DNA from: Pavona decussata
Taxonomy: Eukaryota
NCBI GenBank assembly: GCA_977016875.1
Contig: CDRNST010000144.1
Span: forward strand, 1,736,001-1,800,000
DNA: 64,000 nt
Direction: 5' to 3'
Part shown: one piece after another, positions 39,301-51,796 of the stretch
Position numbering within the stretch: position 1 is the first letter of the stretch
Layout: each line of letters begins with the position of its first letter
Translations under genes and position numbers: made by a program
Notes under the pieces: generated by a model
Database searches by the model: none
Seen by the model: the letters and a program-made list of their open reading frames with translations, nothing else
Told to the model about the DNA's origin: nothing

Positions 39301-40590
39301 TAACATTTTTGAACAAATCATTGTTTCAAAGTAGACACACTTAGTGGATTTCAAAATTTGTATAACTGGTGTTTTACATCACCAGGAAGACATCTTGCTT
39401 AACAGTGAAATCACTTAAATTCAATATTATTAAGTTGAAGGCCTATGTTCACCCAGGTGGATTTGGGTGATTGTCCCTTTGTTTGGAAAAATTCATCTGT
39501 TGAATGCATTGTTCTGATTGGCGTTCAATTCTCAAATGGCAATTTTTAACTACACAAAATTCTCACAATGCATTAAGGGTGACAATGGGCCTTAGCTGCA
39601 AGGACATCCAAAGCAGGGCCTAATTCTCTTACTCTTTTTGAGCTGCATTTTAGTGATATGCTTGACAAGTAATTTAAATTAGCAAAGAAGAATGTAAAAT
39701 CTATTTTAAAGTACCTGTATGAAAACTTTTCTGCTCTTTGGAGTGTATTGCTCTGCCGTTCGTTTTGAATTCGGAGTCATTGCCTCCATTGTGTCCAAGA
39801 TGTACATATTTTTTTTAAATTAATAGAAACTTGTCTATTAACATCCAAAGCCTGCAGCTATTATCTTACAACTTAAAGATCTTCTCATTTCGATCAACTG
39901 ATCACGATAAAGAAGTTATGATCAATACCCCTGGCCAACATTACAATTAAGACTTGCCTCTGGAGTCTCTTGAGGAGTTGTAAAGATTTCTCCATCACTC
40001 CCCTCTGCAAAACAACAATCTTGCATCAAACCATTAGATACCACACATAATGTATGATCACAGGTACGATTTACAAGACATTAATTTGTGCAATGACCTA
40101 ATGTTATGTGCAGTTCATCTCCTTTTCTTATTATATTACCAGTACATCACCACCGGACTTAATTACTCACTCGAATTTACACTTAATTGGCATAATATTT
40201 AGTTCAGGGAATAAACGTTTAATAACTTGCAAATCTACTATTTATTAGCTAACCTTCTACAAGTTTCTCGAGCTTGGCAGAAAGCTGGTTGATGCTGTCC
40301 CTTCATTTGACACTGAGTACCTGGGCAGTGCTATTGGAGCCAGGAATTTCATCTTGAATTAATGTTCCATTAAGAAAGTCTTCAAGAACATCCTCTTCAT
40401 TGCCTGCATTTCCTGTCACTATAAATAAGATTTCAATAGATAGAATATTGTGGAATAGCAATAATTGTGAAAAAATTGTAATACAGCAGAAGCTCATAAA
40501 TGTATAAGCAGATGCAGTTTAACTCGTGAGTGTCTCTGAACAAATTAACCCCATTTAAAGTCCCATGTAAGCTCTGTACATGTATATGTA

Positions 40591-40833
40591 CAGCTATTTC
40601 GAGAAAGGTTGTCGGAAAAGTGCACGTGACAATTTCAACAGGTACTGTGGATGGTTTTTGAGTTCACTGTTCTTCGAAGAAAACGTGGACATATGTTTGA
40701 GAGTGCTAAAGTAAATCAACAATAAAAGATTCGACAGCTACAGTGTCAGGAACAGTGTATTGATCATATTCCACATTACCTTTCAAGATTGTTGTGGGCA
40801 CATGTTTTCTGACAAGCATTCTCGAAATAGCTG
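40591..40833. mobile_element. Tc1/mariner-type MITE
   Basis: TIRs cagctatttcgagaa...gtcggaaaa / ttttctgac...ttctcgaaatagctg with TA on both sides. Confidence 0.85.
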
Positions 40834-41664
40834 TATGCATTTCCATAATGAGAAATAAGGCCGTATACACTTTCTTGGGTTAAGATTGAGACGTTCCTTT
40901 GTTTAAAAGCTCAAGCTACTAGACACCCAAAAGGAGATTCCATAATTACCCCTCACTCCTTTCAACTTTACGCTATACAGTTCTCTGAGGAGAATTCTCA
41001 CCAGTTTCTTATTGTTAGAAAAAGCAGTAAACAGTCATGGAACCTCAAGAAATCTTGGTTCCGTTGATGCGTTTCGCTTAATTAAATAAGCCTAACCCCC
41101 ACTCTTTTACCCCCCCCCCCCCCCTGGGGGTCTTAACAGAGGATTTACTGTATCCTCAAAATCTATTTTAATTAAACTTTGCATCGCTTTTCGTCACAAT
41201 GTGTTACAGAACAGAGTATGCCATGCAGATATATTTCATTACCCATCAACTATGTATATTGCACGAGCATTTTGGAGTGAATTCAATTATCATTAGTAAA
41301 AATTTGCTCAAACCTGCATCTATCAGAGCCACTAAGCTACTATTGAGTTCCCTCTTTGGAAGCTTGATGCCTTTCTTCATTTCGCTCTTTGGTGACCTTT
41401 TTGTAAGGTCACTTGTTGAGCATTCACTCTCATTTCCAAAGGTAATTGCCACATTAACACAAGATACACCATACTTCTCTGCCTCCGTTGAAAGTTCCTA
41501 TGTAGGGCACAAAGATTGAAGAATACATACATGTTTCGATCATTATCATTAACTTACTATCTTTGTGGAGATATGGATAATTGCATTGATTGCACACTGC
41601 TACCTGCGCATATAGCCTATTAAGAAATTACATATATGAATTAAAAGTGAAGAAGAGCTCCCAA

Positions 41665-42760
41665 ATCAATCAATCAATCAATAATCTTTATTTATACACA
41701 ATAAGTATTAAAGCGACGCTTCGCTTGTGGGGTCGTGTCCAAATAATTAAATAAGTTTACCAATGAATTAGAAAATAAATAGGATATACACCAGCTAAAA
41801 TATAGCTACTTACTACATATAAGTCTAAAACGATAAAAGCTTAAAATTCTAAAGTACAAGGTGGTACTCTAGTATCGACTAATTATTAACACTAATTATA
41901 CTTGAAATCTTCCTCCCTTCTGGACAATGTTTGAGGGGAGATACAGTCGAAATCTAGGTGTAGCAGAGTCTTTGACCGTCTTGCCATAATCGCATATTTC
42001 TTAACATTGTCTATATCTTCATTGAGTTGAGGAACCAACTTGTTCCAAACTATTGCTCCTCTACGAGCTACAGAGTTCCTCATGTAGTTGGTGTTGAAAC
42101 GAGGGACATCAATTTTCAGTTTCTTTCTAAGTTGATATCGCTTGATGTTATCACTGTTCTTAATAATAGCTGACATAGCGTCTGGAGTCAGGTTATTGTT
42201 GATTTTATACATAAGCTTAGCTAAGCTAATTTTATACATAAAGGCTAAAGAAGACCAATTAGCCTTTTTCAGAACATCTGCATTAGATATCTCCCAAGGT
42301 AGCTCAAAGATAATTCTCCGGCTCTACAGTGCAATGTTTCTAATGCCTTAAAACCTTCCTTATTGGTGAGGCCTCCCCATACTGATATACCATATACAAT
42401 CAACGGCATAATAACTCTAAAATACAAGTCTAATAGCATATTCTTTGGAAGAAATTTGGTACGTTTTAACAAGGTTAACATATCAACAAAGCCTTTTTTA
42501 ACAACACTAACATGTTTAGACCAGTTTAGTTGATCATCTATCAATACGCCTAATAGACGAGAGTGTGTAACCCATTTGATGGTGTGCTGGGCCAACGTTG
42601 ACTCTTTCAATGGGCCAGTGAATCTTCCACGGTTGAGGATCATTGCTTCGCATTTCTTTGGATGAGGCACAAGCGAGTTTGTTTTGCACCAGTATAGAGG
42701 CTCTTCCAAAGCTCTGTTAAGTTCAGAAATTACTACCTCGATTGAATCGCCAATGCAATA
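41665..42760 (-). mobile_element. 5'-truncated CR1/L2-group LINE fragment
   Basis: WCKTNSLVPHPKKCEAM, RLLGVLIDDQLNWSKHV, YGISVWG, RGAIVWNKL; (ATTG)n tail at 41665-41682. Confidence 0.9.
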
Positions 42761-43597
42761 GAACAAGAGAAAAGAGACAAAAGAACTCTGTTGGTTGACT
42801 GTCGGCATACTGTCAGCCATCAGTTTACCAACAATTGACCTACAGTAAACCATCACTGCTATAAACTGAAATAAAATAGCAATTCCCGCATCTAAAACAA
42901 AACTGTTTGTTTCTAAAATTGTAGAATCCTTTTCTGTCTAGTATCATACTTGTCTTGAGACTTCTGCCCACTGATCCGTAGTTTTGGCCCTGATGCCAAT
43001 TCCAGGCACAAAACTTTTTCCTCCATCACTTTGAGTGTTGACATTCACAGATGGATGAAGCCAGGAAAGGACGTAAATTTGAAAGAAAGCCGATATATGA
43101 TATGAAATTGAAATGATTCAAACATGCAACATGTAACAACTTATATACTTGTAATAAACAAAGTAAACCATCCTTTGTTTTATGTAGAAGAAATGTGCCA
43201 ATTTTAATGAATTAAAAAGGAAGATCAGTTTTAACAAAGGCAGGATTAGTGATCAGTGCCAACTCTTGTAAGTGACCAGCTCTAAGATACAATCAGTTTT
43301 AAAAATCCTCGAAGTGGTTGCTTAAATATTATGGGAGCTTCAACTGTATTCAAAATCATATAGAAAGACATCAAACACTTATTCCCTGTTATATTCCCAT
43401 TGAAGAAATATTAAATTGCATGTGAACAGGTTTCAATAAAATGTTTTTTCTACATAAGATAACCTCTGCATGAGTAGAGGTCTTAACCCTTTAATTCCCA
43501 TAGTGAACAACAACAATTTTCTCCTAACAATATCCATACAGTGTCAACTAAGTTGTAATTCAAATTAATACACTACCCATCAAAAGTAAATATTTAC

Positions 43598-46500
43598 CAT
43601 GTTTTTACTCTCTTTGAGCTTTGTCGCTGTTACGTCTTTTTCCTCCTGCCCGTACCTAAAAGAAAAAGTGAAGAAGTAATAAATACAATGGAAACAAAAT
43701 AACTCAAATTAACATACGACAGAAGGAAACCTCGCTCTAAGTGATCAATTAATCATCCACTATTTGCCCACTGCTTTGTAGCGGCGTTCTCCATCCAAGG
43801 AAGCGTCTAAAAAAGTCCTGTATACAACTTGGGGACTGAAAACAGAAGTATTAAGATGGAGCTGGAAGTTTGAAGAAATCCATAGACCAAATTTCTAGGA
43901 TAGTTGGTTCAAGACCTGTTTGCTCAATCCTTCAATATAACTGCACCATTATTTCAACATGACGTTTGAAATGGGAAAGAACGTCAAGATTTAAATCAAA
44001 CAGGTAATTTCCTTCGCAACGAAGATGGAATGTAATAATAGGAACGTACAAAAGTTTCATGGATGAATATTTCGCGTGTGATCGGAATCAGTGTTTCTTT
44101 TAAGTTTCATTTTTAGTATTTGGGGATTCTAAAAAGGAAATAGTCGCAATCTCTTCTCTTCTTAGGTATAAAAAACTTGAATCTTTAGAGCTCTAGATAA
44201 AATACTTCAGAGAGGTCGATTACCTCTACTTCTCGCTCTTCTCTTGCAACGAGCCTTACTAGCTCCCGTTCTGCTCGTGAAATTTCTTCACTTTCTTACC
44301 TCTGAGGCTCTTCTGCCCGTGCCTTAAACAACAGAGGAAGTATCCATCTTGGAGTGGCTTCTTCTACTTTGTCCGGGTTTTGCAAAAACAATTCCCACCA
44401 TTTTGTTGCGTCGTCATCAAAATGGAGGCGAAACTTATTTAAGTCTGCCTTAATCCTCTCTAGGTTCATTTTCGAAGTGTTTGCCTCTACAACCTATCAC
44501 AACAAATTAGAGCATATTATATTTATTTACTCGGTGGAAGTTACCCACGTGTTCCAAGACATTCGAACTATTTTGACACCTAATCCAACCAAAGTTAAAA
44601 GTAATTCAAGTCAAAAAGAGTGTGTTACGCGAGAGTTTACCACTAACTTGACATGTTTTAAACATACTGGTGGTGTTCCTTTGGGAATTCTTTTTAAAAG
44701 AGTGATTCCTTCTGAATCTTCAGGGAGCCAGACCTCACTAGTCGACCACTTTTTGTACTTTAGTTTTGCCTTACCGTCCCTGCCCTTAGTGACCTGCAAA
44801 TTACCAAAAGCAATCAAAACAGGTTGACAATGAGAAAAAACCCTTGCCAGAAGAAAAGTCCATCAATTATTTAACAAAACTAGTAAATTACTGTAATCAA
44901 ATTCAATTGCACGTGGGTGCTTCGTATTCCCGGTGTGCACTCGGATAATGTCAGCATAGAAATGCCTCGAGAAAAAATTACCTACCGCGTTGAAAATGTT
45001 AAAATAAATTTTTCTTGCCTCAGCTGTACGTTCATAGAGATATGAAGCACACGGGAAGTTTGAAGAGCACTCATGAGGCATCTTTCAGAAAGACTATTGT
45101 CCTTAGGATTTGATGTTCTTAGCATGGAGCTACCAGCAGACTTGGCTATTGTGCTGCAAATTACTTTAAAAAATTTAATTTTATCCCAAGTCCATAGGCA
45201 TCTAATATTTACCTTGAATTGATTCGGTTCCACATGACCGCTGAGATCATTTTCCGCGTATGTTTCCAACCAACCTTTTACTTCGAACATAAACTTTAAC
45301 AGGGACACGAGGATGGCTGGCGTATAGCTCTCACCAATTTCCTTCAGCAAATCTGGCAGTGTAAGAACATTTAACTTTGTTAGTCGAGAATAGCTGGTCC
45401 ACGTCTTCGTGCATGTGGCGCACCATTAAAAAACAAATTTTGATCTCAAATGAAAAAGAGAATAAACCAAATTACTTAAGAACTAAAATTTATAAAGTTG
45501 AGTACCTGACAAGGGAAGGTTGATTTGTATCTTCAGTGGGACGAAATATAAAACTGAAGGTTATATCAATTAAAAAAAAACTGCCTGAATATTGCTGTGT
45601 CTTCTGTTCTGACTAACGAAATCTGCAGCAAGTATGAAAATGAAGAGTGGTACAGCTTTTATTAACTTTCACGGAATGGAGACTAAATTCGGAAATTAAG
45701 AAATCAATTATTAGCATTTACCTTCTTGAAAATGTCTAACTCCACGAGGAGGGCAAGGAAGGTTAAAATGTACCGATTCTTGCACTCCCTCCAACAGTTG
45801 TCCATTTGGAGATATAATGTAGATGGCAGATGGCCCATCTAGACAAATTCAAATTGAACAGAAAAGTGAGTTGTGGATGTACGCCATTAAGCAAAAAAAG
45901 GTAGTGATTAAGCAAGTTAATAGAAAATCTCAAAAATGGCTCAAAATTTGTGCTAGGTTACAGAGGCGAAAACCGGAGTACCCAGAGAAAAAGCTCTTGG
46001 AGTAAGGATAAGAACCAGACAAAAATAACAAACAAAATAAATCCACTAATGATGCGGAATCAGGAAATTGAACCCGGGCCACTCTCGTGAGAGGCAAGTG
46101 CTTTCACCACTGTAGCACCCCTACTCCCCTACAAATTTTTTCGCTTTCGTTGATATGTCATGAAAACTTTAGGTATGTTTGTTTTAAGCGTTCAAACTTC
46201 AGATATTACCGATGTTTGTATCCATAACAACAGGTGGAGAAGAACATTGATGGTTAGGTTTGAATCGTGAGGCCTCTGACACAAGTCAAGGTGGGCGGCA
46301 CCGGAAGACCTCCAGTTGACCAGGACCCCTGTGATGTGTGTCTTCAAGCGCCAGGTGCTTCCATCAACCTTAAATTAAACCAATAAAGTTGGTTTGTTGA
46401 ATGCTCATTTCAAGAGCTAAATGATGCATTTATTAAAATTTTAACTACCCTTCAACTGGCTTCAAATATAACCAAGTTTGCTACATCACGAGAATGTAAT

Positions 46501-48350
46501 GAAATCAAGTCATATGCTACAGGGGAACCTGGTAACCTTTTTTTTGTTCTTTCACCTAATTTTTAGTCTCCCAATAAATGCTAGTTTAACCGAGACTGCA
46601 CGATAAAAGATTGAAGTTAAAAGGTTAATAAAAGGAAATGGTATACCTACATGCAAATAAAATCATTCATTGTAAGTCACGATTTAACTTGTACGATTTA
46701 GCCAGAAATTTATTTACCAGAAGTTCATGACTTCCTTTCAATCTTCCTAGAAAATTGGAAAAAGTTGCTCTTGAACTTTGGGACAGCAAACTCGTAGTAT
46801 ACATGTTTAAATAATAACATATATATACTTCTCTAATGGCGGAAGGCCTGAATCGTGAGCTCTTGATTTCGCTGAAAAAAAATAGTTCAGCCATTTACCT
46901 TGGTGCTTGTGGCAAAGTTCGATAAATTATGTTTGCCCTGATCCATTCCATCAAGGATGATGGACAGGTACTTCTCCGGGTTTGTTTTAGCTTTCAACCC
47001 ATGCTTGTAATATTTGTTTCTTTCTGCCCTGTAGATTAGTAAGTACGTAATTAGAATAGCCTCTTCAGAAGGTCTTCCATAAAAGTTCTTAACTCGTCGT
47101 AATTGTCAATGCAGTCTAGCCCCAAGCTAAGATTTGGGTCATCCCATTGAATTATGTTGTTTTATGTATCCTTCCCGCTTTACCTTTTTAATATGGATTA
47201 CCTGTTCCCTGTTGATGTTTGTATCTCCCATTACTTTAATTAAATCAATGCAATACGTGAAGCACATTTTGTTCACAAGGCATACTTACAATTGCTGCGT
47301 GAGGTGTATCTTCCTCATTAGACCGAGCTCAATCCTCCTTTCACCTGATGTACCTGGACTTAAGAGGCGTTCTTTGATGTGTACACAAATTGCACACTTG
47401 CTGAACCGGCTTTGCTGTAAAAAAAAATAAAAATAAAAGCGAAAGATGCGTTATTAATAGTTTAATTTCAATTCTTAAGCATTTTAAGGAAGTAAGGTTA
47501 ATGGATATGTATTTTTTATCTTTTGAGAAAATAAAGACTTTTATTATATTATTATTATCATTGTTATTAATGTACCTCAATTATTGCGCCTTTGAAGACG
47601 AGTTATCTCCTAAAAGTTAATTAAGTTAATTAACTTAGTTAGTTATTAAGTTAATTATTTATTATTGATCAGTTCGTCGACCATCGAAGATAGCCATCAA
47701 TTCATAGCTAAGGCTTGCAAAGGAATATTTAGAAGAGGCCACGATCCAGTGATAGTGACATGCATCAATCTGTTTTGCAACTTACTATCCTCTTAATCAA
47801 ATACGCTTTGGCCATACCCAGAATAAATAACGTTTCGACGAGCATTATCTATAAAGGGGGAAATCAGTAAACTGGTGGTGTCCTGGGCTGAATTATTGTT
47901 ATAATCGTCATTTCCACAGGTGGAGACAATTTCATCTCCATCGTGGAGTATGCAGATATGGATTATTAGAAAGTAACGTATCCTTGGCTGACAAATCAAG
48001 CCTGAAAACAGGCTCACAATAAGATATGTGTGTAATACATGGTCTTATTTCCACCAACCTTTGGAATTATTACGTTTCCAAAATGTTTCTTCCACATGCC
48101 ATACACGAACGAAGTATGCATTTAAGTTGGCTTCCCAGCCATCTGCTCCCGGTACAGCTGGAACACGGCTGTCTTTGAGAGGCACGAGGGAAGGGTTTTT
48201 GTCGCACAGTTGGGCATGTGGTCTGCATTTTTTTCAAATTTTTTGAACCACTCCAACGCTAGAGAGTATGCGAGAGAACAACCTCTTCCCTGGTGTTTCT
48301 CGGGGTTGGCTTCCACGCTTTCTCTCATTTGTTTTACCCTCTCGTAATAA
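43598..48350 (-). pseudogene. Intron-rich Sola1-type DDD transposase (at least 9 exons)
   Basis: GT-AG exons about 48350-48059 (ADHMP..LPSCL), 47414-47290 (RFSKCAIC), 47028-46899 (SIILDGMDQGK), 46369-46210 (HITG..HDSNLT), 45838-45722 (LYLQMDNCWRECKN), 45445-45213 (FLMVRHMHEDVDQLFS), 44793-44668, 44494-44224, 43655-43598; a few stops and frameshifts. Confidence 0.8.
45961..46128 (-). mobile_element. tRNA-derived SINE in a Sola1 intron
   Basis: Minus-strand head gggagtagggg..cagtggtgaaagcacttgcctc..cccgggttcaatttcc (A/B-box-like) followed by the ggtactccggtttt core. Confidence 0.75.
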
Positions 48351-48651
48351 CTGAAATGGAAAAAGGAAGACTTTTTTGGGATCTTAAGGTATGGGCCCTG
48401 GATAATTTTAGCATTTCAGATTCAAGCGATTTTTGGCCTGTTTGCAGTTTATAACACTTAATTTTAAAAAAGTATGGTTTTAGGCCGATATGAGGGATGC
48501 TTAGACTTCTATGCCTTGACAAGTTTTGTTGTTTTCACCGGAAGTTAGTTCCTATGACCGAGGAGGGGGCTGGGGCGGTTACTAGGGAAAAGTTGAGCTT
48601 GCGAAATTCTGGGCAGCGGTTTTCCACTCCTCGCTTCACGTGAAGGAAAAG

Positions 48652-49459
48652 ATGGCGGCGGCTGAGTCATTGAAAGAGGCAAGAAAGAGGCAAAGAGTGC
48701 AAGGCTCTATCGGAACCTATTTTTGAAGTTGTGGGTAAGTGAAAACTAGCGCATACAGTTTCCCTTGTTCATTCCTTGTATAGAGCCATTTTGTCGTATT
48801 TTTGTGGGTTCATCTTTGTTTGAAGCAAGCAAGGATTACTCCTTTACCTACTTTTATGCATCTATTGATCTACTAATGACAGTCATACATGTACACAGCT
48901 TCGTGTTGCCCAACAATCTAAACAGACATATGCTTTGATTATGGAGCAAAAATTCGGGACCAATTGTAATAAATAATTGCCAACTGCAATTTAACATCAG
49001 TAATACGAAAACGTTTAGAAATGGCTGACAATGTTTCTTTTCCCAATGCAGCATGGAAGTGGGCAAACGCTGGGGGCAGAGGTTGGCTGCCAGCCAACTT
49101 ACGTTTTCCCTCCCACTCTGAAAGGAGTGGTGAGGGAAATCATTCCCGGCTGCCCTGTAGAGAAGCCTGACCCAACGCACGCAAAGGTAAACAGATAGAA
49201 ATGTTATTTGTGGAAAAGTCAAAATCAGATAAAACCTTTGTTATCTCCTGTATGCCCATGTTCTAGTTGCTACCTCAATTCTCCCAGGTCCAACTGCTGG
49301 AAATGGGTGGGTATGAATGAAAATAACTTGTGACCGTAGACTTTACATGATATTTTATCCCATTTTCAGGTGTACAAGGTCAACATTGGTGACCTTTCAA
49401 AAGCTAAGTGGCCAGCGATCAAGACCAGGGAAATGAAGTCAAAGGGAAAGAAAAAATGA
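48652..49459 (+). pseudogene. KolX-like accessory gene, 4 exons, about 124 aa, two TGA stops
   Basis: Exons 48652-48734, 48899-48965, 49052-49186, 49370-49459 join in frame with GT-AG sites: ...NNLNRHML*LWSKNSGPIHGSGQTLG...FPPTLKGVVREIIP...; stops at 48724 and 48936. Confidence 0.6.
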
Positions 49460-50057
49460 TCATGGTTTTTTTTTTTTTTTATAAAGATATATTTTTTTTT
49501 CAAATGATTACATCATCATTATCAAATCATGAATATTCAAAGAGTATTTTGAAGAAGTGCAGTGTAAACAAAGAAAATTATATGAAGAAAAATTATATAC
49601 ATAATGTTTACACATAGGCTAATAAAAGTGTAATGCCGTCTCAGGGGGATGATATCAAAGAGAAAGAAAAAATGATCGTGGTCTATTTTTTTTTATAAAG
49701 ATATATATTTTTTCAAATGATTACATCATCATTATCAAATCATGAATATTCAAAGAGTATTTTGAAGAAGTACAGTGTAAACAAAGAAAATTATATGAAG
49801 AAAAATTATATACATAATATTTACACAAAGGCTAATAAAAGTGTTTGTACGATCTCAGGGAAATAAAGTCAAAGGGAAAGAAAAAATGATTGTGGTCTAT
49901 TTTTTTTATAAAGATATATTTTTTTCAAATAATTACATCATCATTATCAAATCACGAATATTCAAAGAGTATTTTGAAGAAGTACAGTTTGAACAAAGAA
50001 AATTATATGAAGAAAATTATATATATAATATTTACACATAGGCTAATAAAAGTGTTT
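49426..50057 (+). repeat. Three tandem ~215-bp units, each ending in AATAAA
   Basis: Units start near 49426, 49642, 49856 (cagggaaat..gtcaaagggaaagaaaaaatgat...ggctaataaaagtgt). Confidence 0.92.
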
Positions 50058-50711
50058 ATGCAATCTTCAATAGCCCTGTTACTATGAGCATGGTTTGAAT
50101 TCCTAACAATGAAGTATCACTAAAAGGACCCCACACAGTACACTGCTGTTTCAAAAATGCCCTAATTTGGTAAACATTGGTCCATCATGCTCTAACTTTC
50201 ATGTGAAGCAAAACCTGAACGAAATAGACCCTGAAACAAAGCTGTAGCAATGAGTTTCGTTTGTATGCTTAGTGGCCTGTCTTGGTGGGAACAAAGCATG
50301 CTTACTGGAGGTGTATTTGTTTGATGCAAACTTTCCTCCTTTTGAATAATAATAAGTCAGAGTTTTTACAATGTAAGCAAACAAGACATTGCTTTCCATC
50401 ACAGGGGTGCTCAGGAGGCTTCAACTAACATATCAAAAGTCTAACTAACTGGAATGTAACCAAAAATGTTTTTTTTTCTGTGCAGAAAAATTGTTATGGA
50501 CACGATGATGATGACGATCTAGGCAATGAGGAGGAAGCATGCTGCATCTGGTACAACAAAAATTTCTACCAAAAACAGACTCATGCAGGAAATTTCAAAC
50601 ACAAGAAAATTACAATATCAAAAATTTCAAACCAAAAGGTCTTGCTACTTCCCCAACATTAAAAGTACCTGAGTACCCCTCTCAATTGAAAAACATTAGT
50701 TGTTATTGTTA

Positions 50712-50906
50712 CAGACTACTACTACTATTACCGGGGTCACTTAAAACTGGCCAATAAGATCACATTATGATACAAACGGTGAATAATTTCAAAACTCCGT
50801 CTACTGGTGATTGGTTCAATCAACTTTGGTTGAAATTTATTGTTCTAGTCTTGCAATCTGATTGGCCAGTTTTGATTAAGTGACCCCGGTAACAGTAGTC
50901 GAACTG
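50712..50906. mobile_element. Palindromic MITE with TA flanks
   Basis: ttaccggggtcacttaa..aactggccaat vs attggccagtttt..ttaagtgaccccggtaa. Confidence 0.8.
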
Positions 50907-50952
50907 TAAAATATATACACGATAGCGCTTGTGTCCAACTCCACATTTTCAT

Positions 50953-51764
50953 TTACTTCTTCTTGTTCAGTGGACATGACTTGTGCGATGTCCGCTTGTG
51001 TTCAGTGGACCCACAGCGACAGCTCTTTCCACTTATAACCACATTACTACTTGGTCCATCTGTTGTACCAGATGTTTCCTCCTCATTACCTAGATCGTCA
51101 TCATCATCATGCCCGTAGGTGTGCTCAATGGCTTTTCGCTTCAACCATTTTCTTCTGGCCTCCTGATCTTCTGCCCTGGCGACTTTCATGTGTACTCGGT
51201 TGGCCTTTGCTTCGTCAGTCCTCTCCTTTTGTAGTGTTGCTGCCCTCTCTTCCACAGCTTTCTGCAATGCCTGTACGACAGCTGGTAACACAGGTAGATT
51301 TAACTGCTCATAGAGATCAGCAACCCAGTGATAATTCGCTCCTCGAACTTCATAGCACCATGACATGTTGCCTTGACACAGCCCTGCATTGGTAGATGCC
51401 ATGTAGTGCAATCTAAGTAAACAAAAGAATACTGTTTATAAACATCCCATGTGACTTGATTTTCAGTACACACAAGTCACAAATGGGATATTCACAGCCT
51501 CACATGAAAATCTATAAAAGAATTTACATTTATCATATGACCCTGTGCACGCTTTCTATACCAAACTTACTAGCGCAAACAGGGAAAGAAAATCTGGTGG
51601 GGCCTTTGCTGCATTTGGTCTGTATGCTGTGTCCTCCAGAAAACTTTTCTCTGGTCCAGCCCTCCCACTCAGTCAATAAGTGTATTTAACAATTATTCCA
51701 TGAGCGTGCGTTTAATATGAGATGACAGATAGCCAACGAGGTGCGTAGGCCCGAGTTGGCTATA

Positions 51765-51796
<32 letters not shown>

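Noticed and set aside
46050-46128. tRNA gene
   Set aside because: Degenerate A/B boxes attached to a SINE body; no proper cloverleaf.
49408-50087. Three similar short ORFs
   Set aside because: Products of the AT-rich 215-bp tandem repeat.
50480-50662. Independent plus-strand acidic protein ORF
   Set aside because: Made of an inverted fragment of the transposase exon plus a MITE-end fragment.
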